64,000 bases of DNA from a virus (taxonomy: Duplodnaviria; Caudoviricetes). Under the pieces are notes generated by a model. The model saw only the letters and a list, made by a program, of their open reading frames with translations. It ran no database searches and had not been told where the DNA came from. The translations under genes and the position numbers were made by a program. Location of the stretch: positions 16,293 to 80,292 of IMG/VR virus record IMGVR_UViG_3300020473_000025, one strand, 5' to 3'. Below, in pieces: positions 1 to 10,457 of this stretch; within the stretch, counting starts at the first letter, position 1; each line of letters opens with the position of its first letter.

Positions 1-441
1 TTTGAATTGCTTCAATCGATTCTTTAAACGCTCCTGCATGTCTTCACCGCGCGAGGCGAGTTTCAAGACCCAGATGACTACAGTTGCAACAGCCATTTCA
101 ATGGCTTTCTTAATCGTTTTGTAGATACGTTCAATGGTTTCAGTGACCTTATTTTCAGTCGACACGTCTAGTGCCTCTAATCCAACTTGACTAGCAAGAC
201 CGGTCAACGCAGTTTTAGTTAGAGGTTCGTGGTATTGGGCAGGGTCAGTACAGGCCGCATGAATGGCTTCTAAACCTTTAGCTACACCTAGTAATGTGTC
301 AGCGTCTTCAAGATGCTGTTCAAATTCCATATCGATAATTTGCTCGTTGATTTCTTCAACATCGTAAGAGACAGTGGATTCTTGACTTACAGTAGGGGCC
401 GGGGTGTTAATGGATAAAAGTGATGAGGTGCGCGTAGACAT
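1..441 (-). CDS. Internal head (ejection-type) protein paralog, runs off the window start
   Basis: ATG at 441 with an open frame to the window edge, read manually (MSTRTSSLL...). Has S/G-x-E prohead-protease-type sites (VSQE, GLE twice, VSTE) followed by the helix TETIERIYKTIKKAI, which is shared with the ORF at 451..1497. Confidence 0.7.
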   Translation of the reverse strand, partial: MSTRTSSLLSINTPAPTVSQESTVSYDVEEINEQIIDMEFEQHLEDADTLLGVAKGLEAIHAACTDPAQYHEPLTKTALTGLASQVGLEALDVSTENKVTETIERIYKTIKKAIEMAVATVVIWVLKLASRGEDMQERLKNRLKQFK

Positions 442-450
442 GTATTTCTC

Positions 451-1497
451 CTACTTCTTGTCTGGACTTTGGCGAGTTAGAATATCCAACAGTGACTCCA
501 ACTCTAAAATAGTTGTAGTAAAGTAGCCAATGATGGTTCTAGGTGGTTTCTGAAGCATAGCGGCGATAGGTGCAGCCATCTTCAATAATTCAGTAGTGAC
601 GTCACGATTGCCAGACATAATGTCAAAGTCAGTCTTCATTAACTTATCAACCTGACCAGCAAACTCTTGAACGTTCTTTGTCATTTTCAGCACATTTTCT
701 AAATCTAATAGATCAATAGCATCGGCGACATCTTTTGCCTTAAACGTCATTTCCTTTACTTCAACGCCTTCTGTTTGCAGAAAGGCAAAGTTAGGCACAG
801 GGTGGGTGAGGTCCATGACAATACGGCGGTTACCAGGATAAACATCTTTAGAGGTATAAACATGTTTCTTACCTTCAAGCTTGTAATGCTTGAGTATGTA
901 ATCCATCAAGTCGTCTGATAATGTAGTCAACGCGTTAACGTCACCCATGCGTTTTGCATTATTAAACTTGTAGATTATCTTTTCGCTTGATGCTTTGATA
1001 GAAGGCAGTGGTGCTACTACAGATTGTAGACGCTTAACAACTTTATCAAGATCAACGGTATCCCCAATGGCCAATGATGTTAACTGAGTACCGTAAGGAA
1101 TAGTGATATCTACTTCTTCTTTTTCTTTAAGTTCTTTGTTGGTTTTCCGAAGTCTGCCCTTTAGCCCACGCAAGCGATCTAAGACTATTTCAGTCCAACG
1201 TACAATAACTTCATAAGCACGTTTAAAGGTAGCTTTAATGGCTTTAATGATACGCTCTATGGTATCTGTCACTTTATCTTCTAAAGACACACCGTATGTG
1301 GCTATACCTAAAGATTCTATCTGGTGCTCAATAGCTATTTTAGCGACAGGTGAATTCCAGTCATCATGTTCTTTACACAGTGACGATATTTGTTCAAGTT
1401 GAATGCCTATGTTAAATAACGACTGTAGATCGTTATCTAGTGATTCTAACGTGAGTGTTAAAAAAACCATTTCACGCGATACCTTAGTCTCTAACAT
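451..1497 (-). CDS. Internal head/virion structural protein (phiKZ-like paralog family)
   Basis: 348 aa. N-terminal propeptide-like segment with TLE/SLE sites, then the amphipathic helix TDTIERIIKAIKATFK. Confidence 0.65.
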   Translation of the reverse strand: MLETKVSREMVFLTLTLESLDNDLQSLFNIGIQLEQISSLCKEHDDWNSPVAKIAIEHQIESLGIATYGVSLEDKVTDTIERIIKAIKATFKRAYEVIVRWTEIVLDRLRGLKGRLRKTNKELKEKEEVDITIPYGTQLTSLAIGDTVDLDKVVKRLQSVVAPLPSIKASSEKIIYKFNNAKRMGDVNALTTLSDDLMDYILKHYKLEGKKHVYTSKDVYPGNRRIVMDLTHPVPNFAFLQTEGVEVKEMTFKAKDVADAIDLLDLENVLKMTKNVQEFAGQVDKLMKTDFDIMSGNRDVTTELLKMAAPIAAMLQKPPRTIIGYFTTTILELESLLDILTRQSPDKK

Positions 1498-1616
1498 GAC
1501 TATTTCTTCCTTAGGTCTATGGTGCTTGAGATCATAGATTATTAAGTCTGGCGTGTCGTATTAGACACTTACCATCAACCATTATGACTAACCTTTTTAA
1601 CCAGTAAGTAACGAAT

Positions 1617-3761
1617 ATGATCAACTTCTTATCAGATTATAAAAAATATAAGAATTCTATAGTAGATTTAAATACTACTAATGAGTCGTTTCTTAGACTT
1701 GCCACTGTATATAAAAAGATGGGAATCGAAAACAACGTCTTTCATCTAACGTTACTACAGCCTGAGCTACAGGGTATCGATCCATTTTCAGAAGAGCTAA
1801 GCCAAGAGCAGAAAGTAATGATCACCATGGAGTGTAAATATAACCCATGGTACTTTTTAAGAGAAGTGGTACGCATACCACCCCAATCAGGCAACACGCC
1901 CGTATCTTATATTGCCAATAGAGGTAACATTGCATTAACGTGGTCATTTTTCAACCATATTGATTTTGGTCTCATACAGCCACGTCAAACGGGTAAATCG
2001 GTCTCTACTGACTGTTTGATGACAAACCTAATATACCTATCCATGTTATCATCGCGTATCAACATGATAACTAAAGATGCTAACCTGCGCTCTGCTAACG
2101 TCGAACGTCTTAAACGTATCCGCGATCTATTGCCTCCTTATCTTATCGTTAAAGATAAGAGTGATGCTAATAACCAACATCTACTTACGTATAACACACT
2201 AGATAACACGTACAGTACAGCGGTTGCTCAGTCGTCAGAGGCGGCTGCAATTAACGTAGGTCGTGGAACAACCGCACCTATCACTCAAGTGGATGAGGGG
2301 CCGTTTATTCGTTTTATTGGTTCACTTATACCTGCAGCGTTAGCGGCCGGTACAGCAGCACGTGAAGAAGCTAAACGCAATAACCAACCATACGGTAACA
2401 TCTTTACAACAACCTCTGGTAAGAAAGATGACCGTGATGGTAAATACATGTACGACATGTTAACTGGTGGCGCGGTGTGGAATGAGGTCTTCCTAGACGC
2501 CGTAAATATAGAAGATTTCCATCGTCTAGTCAGAATGAACTGTACTAACCATAAAGTTATTATTAACGGTACATTCTCACATCGTCAATTAGGTAAGAGT
2601 GACGACTGGCTATACCGCGCTATTGCCAACGCCAACGCCAAAGGTGAGGAAGCTGACCGTGATTTCTTTAACCGTTGGACTAGTGGCACGCAGCGTTCAC
2701 CACTTACTACTAAACAGAATAACACCATATTTGAGTCAGAACGTGAACCAGATCATACTGAAGTTACAGATGAAGGCTACATGATACGCTGGTACATACC
2801 TGAGTATCAAATAAACCAACGCATGGCGACAGGCAAATACGTAGCCGGTATGGATACTTCAGAGGGTGTGGGTCGAGACTCGATTACCATGGTGTTAGTG
2901 GATGTTAGAGATTTATCTGTTGTTGCCGCAATGGATATTAACGAAGCTAACATTATCCGCTTTAGTAAATGGGTAAGTTCATTCCTTATCGCTTATGAAA
3001 ATGTAACCTTGGTTATTGAGCGTAAATCAACCGGGGTTGTCATTATAGATGCGTTGATGATTGAACTACCATCAGTCGGTATTGATCCCTTCAAGCGTTT
3101 GTATAACACCATTGTCCAACACCATCTGGAACGTAAGACGGATTACGAGCGTATACTTAAAGATACACGCTATCGTGATGAATCGTTCTATATCAGCCAT
3201 AAGACAGACTTTGGGTTCTCTACTAACGCAAAGAGCCGTGAGTTGTTATTTGGTAACGTGTTGCAAAACGCAGCAACCAATGCGGGACACCTTGTAAAAG
3301 ACACTACATTATCGAGTCAATTGCGTGGTCTGGTAGAGAAGAATGGTCGAATAGACCACGAAGCATCGGGTAATGATGATTTGGTTATTGCTTGGCTATT
3401 GTCTGTCTGGTTCGTTACATTCGGTAATCACCTTGACTTCTACACTATCGATCCAGGTCAGTGTATGATATTAGTAGGTGAACGTTCTGGCAATGGCGAT
3501 TATGATCGTGCTATTGCTGAAAAGAACAACCGTACCCGTAGCCGTATTGATCATGTGTTAGAAGAGATAACCCTCTGTCAGTCAGGCTTTAAACTTGCCC
3601 GTCTGGAAGCGGAACTTAAACAACTTACCTATCAGACTAAATCTGACGGGGGTGATATACTTAGCTTTGATGCGCTAATGAAACAAGCCAATGACCGCAA
3701 GAAAGCTAAGCGTTCGCAAACTAAGAACACCAGCAAATCTAGGGAACTACTATTTTGGTAG
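1617..3761 (+). CDS. terL: Terminase large subunit (phiKZ-type)
   Basis: 714 aa. Motifs NPWYFLREV, Walker A QPRQTGKS, Walker B QVDEG, and nuclease motifs GMDTSEGVGRD and GNDDLVIAW. Confidence 0.92.
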   Translation: MINFLSDYKKYKNSIVDLNTTNESFLRLATVYKKMGIENNVFHLTLLQPELQGIDPFSEELSQEQKVMITMECKYNPWYFLREVVRIPPQSGNTPVSYIANRGNIALTWSFFNHIDFGLIQPRQTGKSVSTDCLMTNLIYLSMLSSRINMITKDANLRSANVERLKRIRDLLPPYLIVKDKSDANNQHLLTYNTLDNTYSTAVAQSSEAAAINVGRGTTAPITQVDEGPFIRFIGSLIPAALAAGTAAREEAKRNNQPYGNIFTTTSGKKDDRDGKYMYDMLTGGAVWNEVFLDAVNIEDFHRLVRMNCTNHKVIINGTFSHRQLGKSDDWLYRAIANANAKGEEADRDFFNRWTSGTQRSPLTTKQNNTIFESEREPDHTEVTDEGYMIRWYIPEYQINQRMATGKYVAGMDTSEGVGRDSITMVLVDVRDLSVVAAMDINEANIIRFSKWVSSFLIAYENVTLVIERKSTGVVIIDALMIELPSVGIDPFKRLYNTIVQHHLERKTDYERILKDTRYRDESFYISHKTDFGFSTNAKSRELLFGNVLQNAATNAGHLVKDTTLSSQLRGLVEKNGRIDHEASGNDDLVIAWLLSVWFVTFGNHLDFYTIDPGQCMILVGERSGNGDYDRAIAEKNNRTRSRIDHVLEEITLCQSGFKLARLEAELKQLTYQTKSDGGDILSFDALMKQANDRKKAKRSQTKNTSKSRELLFW

Positions 3762-3811
3762 TCCCTACCAACATTTAAACCTTTACCAAGTTAAACAAAA
3801 AAAGGATAACC

Positions 3812-4849
3812 ATGAGCTTACTTAACGAAGTACGTATTACCATCGACCGCAATCGAGAAGAGACCGTTGATATCTGTAAGAAAGAAGCTATCTATAAACC
3901 GCATTTGCGCTTACTGGTGTTAATGCGTCAAGAGCAGGGTATCATTGAAGATCCATCGATGAGTGACATTGACCAGTGTCTAGTGATGGATAAGATGTTC
4001 TTTGAACGTCATCTTAAAGACATCAAGATCAATTCAGATCGCATCCTAACACATCTAGCAGAAGTCCACAAGTCCAAGTGGTACCTTCGCCTACCTAGTT
4101 GGTTAGATATCCCTAGAATGCTTGTCGTAGCCGATAAAGAGTATAACGACCAGGTACGCATGGACGTTCAAACTCCTTACTTTGAGTTAGAACAAATCCC
4201 AAGCCTATCTACCGTCATCTCACACGTTCAACCGTCTAATTACCATGTTGAAGATGTATTGACACCGTTTGGTGAAGTAAAGACTACAGTTAAGATTACA
4301 CCACCTCTTGACCTTAGCCAGATCTTGTCTATCTTCCATACAGTGTCGACGCTTAAATGCGAGTATACGAAAGAGCCAATTGGAAACCAGGGTTTATCTC
4401 TATCTCAGGAAGAGCTTAACTTTATTCAAGATGGCACACTGCCAGAAAACATTAGCGTATTACGTGAACTAGCTACAATAGCTACATCGGCAACACCTTA
4501 TACAGCAAGTTTATATTTCTTCCTACGTCGCTTTAAAGCACTAGATGATATAGACGCATACCAGCTTATTAGCTATAAGAGCCAGTGTATGGATAAAGAC
4601 GCTAAAGCGGCAATCATGGTGCGCGAGAAGAATAAGACATTCCTTACATCGCGTCAAATTAAGAATGCGCTTAAGAAGCTGTGTTCACACTACGCCTTTG
4701 CAGCAGATATCGATCAAAAGGCGCTATATGCTCAGGACTACGAAATGTTTAATACACTTCGTTTTCACAACAAACCCTACGAAGCATTGTTAGAGTATCA
4801 CCGCGAGACTGATTACCTAACTGAAGCTTTAAAACGACAAGCAGCATAA
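3812..4849 (+). CDS. Hypothetical protein
   Basis: 345 aa ORF with an AAGGA Shine-Dalgarno; no recognisable motif. Confidence 0.6.
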   Translation: MSLLNEVRITIDRNREETVDICKKEAIYKPHLRLLVLMRQEQGIIEDPSMSDIDQCLVMDKMFFERHLKDIKINSDRILTHLAEVHKSKWYLRLPSWLDIPRMLVVADKEYNDQVRMDVQTPYFELEQIPSLSTVISHVQPSNYHVEDVLTPFGEVKTTVKITPPLDLSQILSIFHTVSTLKCEYTKEPIGNQGLSLSQEELNFIQDGTLPENISVLRELATIATSATPYTASLYFFLRRFKALDDIDAYQLISYKSQCMDKDAKAAIMVREKNKTFLTSRQIKNALKKLCSHYAFAADIDQKALYAQDYEMFNTLRFHNKPYEALLEYHRETDYLTEALKRQAA

Positions 4850-4852
4850 CAA

Positions 4853-4903
4853 CGGCATAACCTACCTCTACCCGTCAAAAGGTAGAGGTAGGGTCTCTAT
4901 GCC
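4853..4903. terminator. Bidirectional hairpin terminator flanked by CGGCATA/TATGCC
   Basis: Stem CCTACCTCTACC-cgtcaaaa-GGTAGAGGTAGG between convergent genes. Confidence 0.8.
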
Positions 4904-5401
4904 TTATTGGTCAAATATCTTTTTAAAGTACTCCACATAGACCGAGTCGTAGCGGGTACCGGTTATTTGATTTTCTAATCGCTCGTACGCGTTTTGTTGT
5001 TGGGGGGTTAACGTACGATAAGTTAATGCCTGAATAATATCTTTATCGTTTATAAGACGACGAAGGTATACAGACACGAACTGTCTTCTTAACGGATCAT
5101 GCAGAGGTAGTGTGTAGAGCGCGCCGATAAACTCCATCAACGTCTCATCGTCAAGTAGTTGGATTGTCTCATAGGGAATTTTAATTCCCTGGTGCAGCCA
5201 CTCAACGAGTTTAACAAACGGGACCTGCTCCCCGTAATAATGAAGGATCTTATCTTGTAGCGCGTCTAAACCTTCAAGGTAGGTTCTAGGTGGTTGTTTA
5301 AATGTTTTGTTCTTATACAACCTATACACATCACTAGCATAAACCGTTATAAGTACATGTAGACTATACATGGTGACGACCCCTGGTGGGCTGTTGAACA
5401 T
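4904..5401 (-). CDS. Hypothetical protein
   Basis: 165 aa ORF immediately downstream of 5405..6616 on the same strand. Confidence 0.6.
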   Translation of the reverse strand: MFNSPPGVVTMYSLHVLITVYASDVYRLYKNKTFKQPPRTYLEGLDALQDKILHYYGEQVPFVKLVEWLHQGIKIPYETIQLLDDETLMEFIGALYTLPLHDPLRRQFVSVYLRRLINDKDIIQALTYRTLTPQQQNAYERLENQITGTRYDSVYVEYFKKIFDQ

Positions 5402-5404
5402 ATG

Positions 5405-6616
5405 CTAGTCGTAATGCTTCATGGTCAAAGATCTAAGAACAAGATAAAGCAGGATACCTGTTCTAACACTTGCCTTTACTGACGCGTTACGCGAATCAAC
5501 CGAATCTTCAGCAATCTCACCAGCCAATTCACGGATCTCCATAAGGTCATCTTGTACACTACGTGAAGACATGTAAATGGCCCGCATCTTAACTAACACT
5601 AGTGGTAGATTGGTAATGTCCACCTTATTCTGTTGTAGATAGTGAAACGCGTGAATGATGGTTTTATCCAGTAACGGCGTAATGACCTTATCTTTACTAT
5701 CTGAAACATTGTCACTCATATAACGCAAACTATTAACCAGTTGCTCAGGTGGCATTGTGTGGATAGCTTTAGCAATGATGTCTACTAGCTCTTGTTTAAT
5801 GAACGTCTCATCATCACTTACTATGCGGTGTAAGTATTGTCTAAAACGCGTATAGTCGTTACGCTTGTCTTTTACAATACTCTCGCCATCGATATCTACA
5901 GAAGAAGAAACCGTAGTGATCTTAGCATCTTGTTCTCTAACTTTGTGGAATACCTCAACAACCGCTTTAAATACCTCACGTATACGTGACTGTATATCGT
6001 TAACCATGTACACCACGGCATCGTCAGGCGCAAACGTACGGTAAGTGTTATAGTGGATGCCTGTCTTAGCCAAGATGCTCTCAGAACGGTCTTTAACCAA
6101 CGCACCCCACGAACCATGAACTTTTAATGAGAATTTCTTAGACAAACTTGCATATGTCATCATCGCTACACTCTTATCAGCAGGGTAGCGGAAATAGTGA
6201 CTCATTAAAGAACTCAGGAACTTATAATGAAGCATGCTTAGCAACGCAATTTGAACTTGTTCTTTCTCTTTACTACTTACATCACTTTCTTCAAAACGAT
6301 GCAAGCACCAGATAATAGACAAGTTAACCAGGTCGCTACTTACCTTAAAGCTAGTGTCAATAGAATCTAATGAGTAGACATCTGCTTTAAGCGCTACTTC
6401 ATCAATCTGTAATACTTCGTCAAACCACGTAATTTTGTCATCATTGGTATAGCGGATAGGGTAGACGCCAATTAGCGCATCCCCAAAGAAATTAATCGAA
6501 TCGTCTGTCTTAGTTACAAACCCATTGACATAGCCGATGATACGTCTAACCAGACCGCGATTAAAGACGACGTCTTGACCGATGTCATTAAAGACGGTTT
6601 TAAGTGTACCTGTCAT
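5405..6616 (-). CDS. Conserved phiKZ-like protein, probably virion structural
   Basis: 403 aa with an AAGGA SD. Resembles the conserved Chimalliviridae gene near the terminase (recalled, not searched). Confidence 0.55.
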   Translation of the reverse strand: MTGTLKTVFNDIGQDVVFNRGLVRRIIGYVNGFVTKTDDSINFFGDALIGVYPIRYTNDDKITWFDEVLQIDEVALKADVYSLDSIDTSFKVSSDLVNLSIIWCLHRFEESDVSSKEKEQVQIALLSMLHYKFLSSLMSHYFRYPADKSVAMMTYASLSKKFSLKVHGSWGALVKDRSESILAKTGIHYNTYRTFAPDDAVVYMVNDIQSRIREVFKAVVEVFHKVREQDAKITTVSSSVDIDGESIVKDKRNDYTRFRQYLHRIVSDDETFIKQELVDIIAKAIHTMPPEQLVNSLRYMSDNVSDSKDKVITPLLDKTIIHAFHYLQQNKVDITNLPLVLVKMRAIYMSSRSVQDDLMEIRELAGEIAEDSVDSRNASVKASVRTGILLYLVLRSLTMKHYD

Positions 6617-6738
6617 ACGGGTATCCTTTAATTATTTAATAGAAATATACGGAGTAATCATAAAAATACACCTTCAACGTATATCTATAGGGTAGTTAAC
6701 GCTATCTAGTGTTGAGGAAATTTGATACAGGAAGAAAT

Positions 6739-7065
6739 ATGTCAGACCCAGTAGAACGTATACATAAAGCGCTAAAAATAGTTGAAAAGCAAACGGCAAT
6801 TGTACCACAAGAAGATATTACGCTTGCGATACTTCGTAACGTGGATAGTAAGTTTCACGACCACGTGTTGGAATCACAATTAGGACTAGGTTCGGGTGTG
6901 GGTATTAGAAACCAAGAACGACTTGAACAAGCCGGTTGGATTTTTGAAGATTTTAAGATCATCACTACAAAAGGTAAAGTCAATATACCTTACTTAGTAG
7001 GTAAAAAACGTAAACAAATCAAGAAGTTATTAGCTTCTGTTGATGACGATCCAAAATTAGTTTAG
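6739..7065 (+). CDS. Hypothetical protein
   Basis: ATG 6739 preceded by AGGA; start moved from the track position 6709. Confidence 0.55.
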   Translation: MSDPVERIHKALKIVEKQTAIVPQEDITLAILRNVDSKFHDHVLESQLGLGSGVGIRNQERLEQAGWIFEDFKIITTKGKVNIPYLVGKKRKQIKKLLASVDDDPKLV

Positions 7066-7138
7066 CGGTCAATTTAGACAAATACTATACCCCGGGGTTT
7101 TAAAAAACCCCCTGTAGTTTTTGGTGTGGAGAGGACGC

Positions 7139-7675
7139 ATGACGACGATAGTCTGGGATGGACAGCAGTTGGCTAGTGATAGCCAGTTGACTGTGAATTG
7201 GAATGTAATATCACAAGAACCTTTTATCAAGCTACAACTCTTAAAAGGGACCTTTATTAATCCGGAGACTAAGGAAGAAGATGCCTTAGTGGGGATGGGT
7301 TTTTCAGGCGACGCCGCCCAAATCTATCCATTTAGAGACTGGCTATTAGCTGGTTGCAAGCGAGAAGAATACGCGGAAGAATTTAAAGAATGCTGCGTCA
7401 TTCTAGTATGCCGTAATTCAGTATGGCAATTTCACTACAGTCCCGACCCGCTACCGGTCAGGAACACTGTAGCAGTTGGATCAGGTTGCGATTTTGCAAC
7501 ATCTGCATTATCATTAGGTAAAACAGCGCCAGAGGCTGTAAGGCACGCTATCAAACATGATGTTTATAGTAGTGGGCCAGTGGTATGTTTAAGTATTGAC
7601 GAAGCAGGAAACCCTTTCCTCCATCATTGCAACGATGATGTTTCGTTAGAAGCCGCCGCCTCTTTAGAGTGGTAG
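7139..7675 (+). CDS. HslV/proteasome-beta-like Ntn threonine protease
   Basis: GAGGA SD then M-T-T-I (N-terminal Thr nucleophile), with motifs LASDSQLT, GFSGD, AVGSG and DVYSSG. Confidence 0.8.
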   Translation: MTTIVWDGQQLASDSQLTVNWNVISQEPFIKLQLLKGTFINPETKEEDALVGMGFSGDAAQIYPFRDWLLAGCKREEYAEEFKECCVILVCRNSVWQFHYSPDPLPVRNTVAVGSGCDFATSALSLGKTAPEAVRHAIKHDVYSSGPVVCLSIDEAGNPFLHHCNDDVSLEAAASLEW

Positions 7676-7718
7676 ATCCAATCTTTTTCTCATTAAAATT
7701 ATAAAACGGTAGCCGATT

Positions 7719-8321
7719 ATGCAACTTAATACGTTAATCAGTCAGGAAGTCAGAGTATGTCACACCCCAGAATCAGTAGATGTGTTTCAGGGGGAGGGGT
7801 TGAGTGTAAAGCACCTTATGCATTTAAACAAGACGGATAGCTACGTAGACCATGCAATTATGGTCTTAGTTTATGTGCAGGGTAGTATTGTACCAATGTA
7901 CGTCACAATGTTTAACCACCCAACACACAACGTTTTTGAAGAGAAGTATCAATTCAATAACTTAGTCGAGCATATCAATCAGGGTTATAAGCAGAGTCAT
8001 GATCTGCTTGTTATGTTAACGACCACGGAGCCTTTAAAGGTTATTACACAGGGAAGCCAGCTTAAAGTTAAGTCTGGCGATGTCGATGTTGCTATCTTCA
8101 CTAATAGCCCAGTGGATACCCAGGACCCAGTAAATATACCTAACGTCAAGGGTGCATTTTATCTTGCTAACTTGTTCTTTGACAAATGCGGTTTAGATGA
8201 CCATATCAGACAACAGTTTCTAACTACACTGTTAGAGATGTTATCGTTTGATAGAACGGGGCGTCTAGATCGCCATGCTAATAGCGTTAGACCTCTATCA
8301 GGTACTATTAGATTACATTGA
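7719..8321 (+). CDS. Hypothetical protein
   Basis: 200 aa ORF followed by a terminator. Confidence 0.55.
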   Translation: MQLNTLISQEVRVCHTPESVDVFQGEGLSVKHLMHLNKTDSYVDHAIMVLVYVQGSIVPMYVTMFNHPTHNVFEEKYQFNNLVEHINQGYKQSHDLLVMLTTTEPLKVITQGSQLKVKSGDVDVAIFTNSPVDTQDPVNIPNVKGAFYLANLFFDKCGLDDHIRQQFLTTLLEMLSFDRTGRLDRHANSVRPLSGTIRLH

Positions 8322-8329
8322 TGCAATTT

Positions 8330-8398
8330 AGACCACGTGGCATCTAGCACGTGGTCTTATGCCGTCACGGCATAGAGTAGGCCCGAAGACCTACCCTA
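8330..8398. terminator. Back-to-back terminators of convergent genes
   Basis: AGACCACGTG/CACGTGGTCT stem plus TATGCCG (8358-8364), then CGGCATA (8368-8374) plus a second stem for the minus strand. Confidence 0.75.
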
Positions 8399-8402
8399 GA
8401 AA

Positions 8403-9188
8403 TTAAACACCTGAAGATGTTAGTTTGATATGGCGATGATAACTTTCTTTATCATCGCAGAACAGTATCTTTTTCATCTTCGTATCGCGATATTCGGTAT
8501 ATAGTTCTTCAGCATCAGCATAACCTTCTACAATATCACGGTAAATGCCCAATGACATTCCACCATGTAGCCTGGCAGTATCAATACTAATAATAGACTG
8601 ATTGTAGATGTAGCTCTTTACTGCAAACTCTACTAGTTTAGTAAACGCGGGAATGGTACGTGGGTTGAGGTTTTGCATATCAGGGTCGTTACTTACCACA
8701 CAACGCAAGACAGCATTATTACTTAAAACACTTTCGGCTTCAACATGAATAGTGTTCTCATCAATTAGCGTTACAGATGATGTACTATTTGTCTCATAAC
8801 CGTTAGCAGCGTCGATGATGTTAAGTGATTCTCTAATCATAGACGAACTAGTAGCATACGTACTAGTTGCTTCGTTCTCATTAAACCCAAGACTCATCAC
8901 TGAGATAATGCTACGGCCTTGTGTGGCCGTTTTAGGAATAACGTAGACCTGGTGGCTTCCGTCATCGTAAGTCTTCTTAGCAGAGCGTAGAGAGAGCTCT
9001 ATCTGTATACCACCTACTAGATTACAATCTACAAGAACGCGAGGTTTAACTACCTTAGCGATAATCTGAGATTCGACGGATACCGGATAGTTGATAGTAT
9101 TAAAACGTTTGTCTATAAAGACCTGACGTAGTATTTCCGCTGGGATTTTAAATGTGCAGTCCTGTACGGCTTTTTGAATGGGGCTCAT
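8403..9188 (-). CDS. Conserved phiKZ-like protein, probably virion structural
   Basis: 261 aa, divergently transcribed from phuZ as in related phages; motif RVLVDCNLVGG. Confidence 0.5.
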   Translation of the reverse strand: MSPIQKAVQDCTFKIPAEILRQVFIDKRFNTINYPVSVESQIIAKVVKPRVLVDCNLVGGIQIELSLRSAKKTYDDGSHQVYVIPKTATQGRSIISVMSLGFNENEATSTYATSSSMIRESLNIIDAANGYETNSTSSVTLIDENTIHVEAESVLSNNAVLRCVVSNDPDMQNLNPRTIPAFTKLVEFAVKSYIYNQSIISIDTARLHGGMSLGIYRDIVEGYADAEELYTEYRDTKMKKILFCDDKESYHRHIKLTSSGV

Positions 9189-9371
9189 GGTTATATCCCG
9201 TTAGCTGTAGATGACATATGAGTTAATTAATACATTTTCCGTTTATTTATGAAGACCTAGTACTGTGGTAAGCATTAAACTAAAAAATGTATATCTCATA
9301 GTCGAGGGGGTTATTAAATTTGTATTCACTTCATACTTTATCGAACAATCTAGGAATAAGAGGCGATTTTA

Positions 9372-10337
9372 ATGAGTAAACACACCTTAAGAATCTACGC
9401 GGCAGGCGGCTGCGCGACTAACTTAGCGAAGCCCTTTGTTGGTTTAGAATCGTCTGACATCTACGCTGATATCGATCCTGTTTTTGTAGACACTAGCATG
9501 TCTAACATCGAAGGACCTATCACTGAAGAAATGTGCTACATCCTACCTGACGTAGATGGCTCAGGTAAGGTACGTCGTGAAAACCACCAACGTATCTCTG
9601 ATTCGATCAAAGACATTGTGTCAATTCACCCTCCAGGTGACTTTAACATTGTTATGTTTTCAGCCGCAGGCGGTTCAGGTTCAGTAGCTGGACCATTGAT
9701 TGCTCGTCATCTTCTTGAAATTGAAGCACCATTGATCTGTATTGTAGTGGGTTCTACAGACTCTGCTATCACGTGTACTAACACACTTAATACACTGAAA
9801 TCATTAGATAGCATCTCACAAGCTGCAGAGCTACCTATCACGCTGTTCTACGAAGAGAACGGTGCTGGTGTTAAACGTTCAGAAATTGACAAGCGTGTTA
9901 AAGGCGCTATCGGTTCTATCAGCGCGTTGGTATCTGGTAACAACCGTGAGCTGGATACTAAAGACATTTCAACATGGGTGTATTACAACCGTGCGTCTAA
10001 AGTTGAACCACAACTAAGCCAGTTAGCTATTCTTCGTGACAACACAGCAGTAGAAGGTCTTAATGAACCTATCTCTATTGCTTCATTGTTAGCGGACCCT
10101 GACACGGTGATGCCTGAGGCCGCGCCCGATTATCAATGTATCGGTTATCATCGTGATCAGTCTGGTGAGATCCCTGACATGCACCTTGTGATTTCCGTGA
10201 ACGGCATTGAGCGTATCTACGAAGGTATTGCTAAAGCGCATGGTACTTACGAGAAGTCTACGTCTAAGCGTTCTCTAGACAGAAAGACTTTCGTCGGTGG
10301 TGGCGATCAAGTAACTAAAGATGGCATGGTGCTCTAA
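9372..10337 (+). CDS. phuZ: Phage tubulin PhuZ
   Basis: 321 aa. GGCATN, VDTS, tubulin signature FSAAGGSGSVAG, ELDTKD, and a PhuZ-like C-terminus (DGMVL). Confidence 0.93.
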   Translation: MSKHTLRIYAAGGCATNLAKPFVGLESSDIYADIDPVFVDTSMSNIEGPITEEMCYILPDVDGSGKVRRENHQRISDSIKDIVSIHPPGDFNIVMFSAAGGSGSVAGPLIARHLLEIEAPLICIVVGSTDSAITCTNTLNTLKSLDSISQAAELPITLFYEENGAGVKRSEIDKRVKGAIGSISALVSGNNRELDTKDISTWVYYNRASKVEPQLSQLAILRDNTAVEGLNEPISIASLLADPDTVMPEAAPDYQCIGYHRDQSGEIPDMHLVISVNGIERIYEGIAKAHGTYEKSTSKRSLDRKTFVGGGDQVTKDGMVL

Positions 10338-10351
10338 GTACCCATCCAGAA

Positions 10352-10388
10352 CGCATACCGCCTCCCTGATAGGGAGGCGTCTATGCCG
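10352..10388 (+). terminator. Hairpin terminator after phuZ
   Basis: CGCCTCCCT-gat-AGGGAGGCG followed by TATGCCG. Confidence 0.75.
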
Positions 10389-10406
10389 CTTGTCAGTATT
10401 TTTCAG

Positions 10407-10417
10407 ACCTACATTAC
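10407..10417 (+). promoter_or_regulatory. Early (vRNAP-type) promoter motif
   Basis: ACCTACATTAC, a variant of the phiKZ early consensus TATATTAC, upstream of the small-gene array. Confidence 0.65.
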
Positions 10418-10457
10418 TAGAGCAGTATAAGTAATATTACAGTGTGGAGATCGTACA

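Noticed and set aside
1617-3761. Intein in the terminase
   Set aside because: Length is normal for the family and there is no intein N-terminal or HN-[CST] junction.
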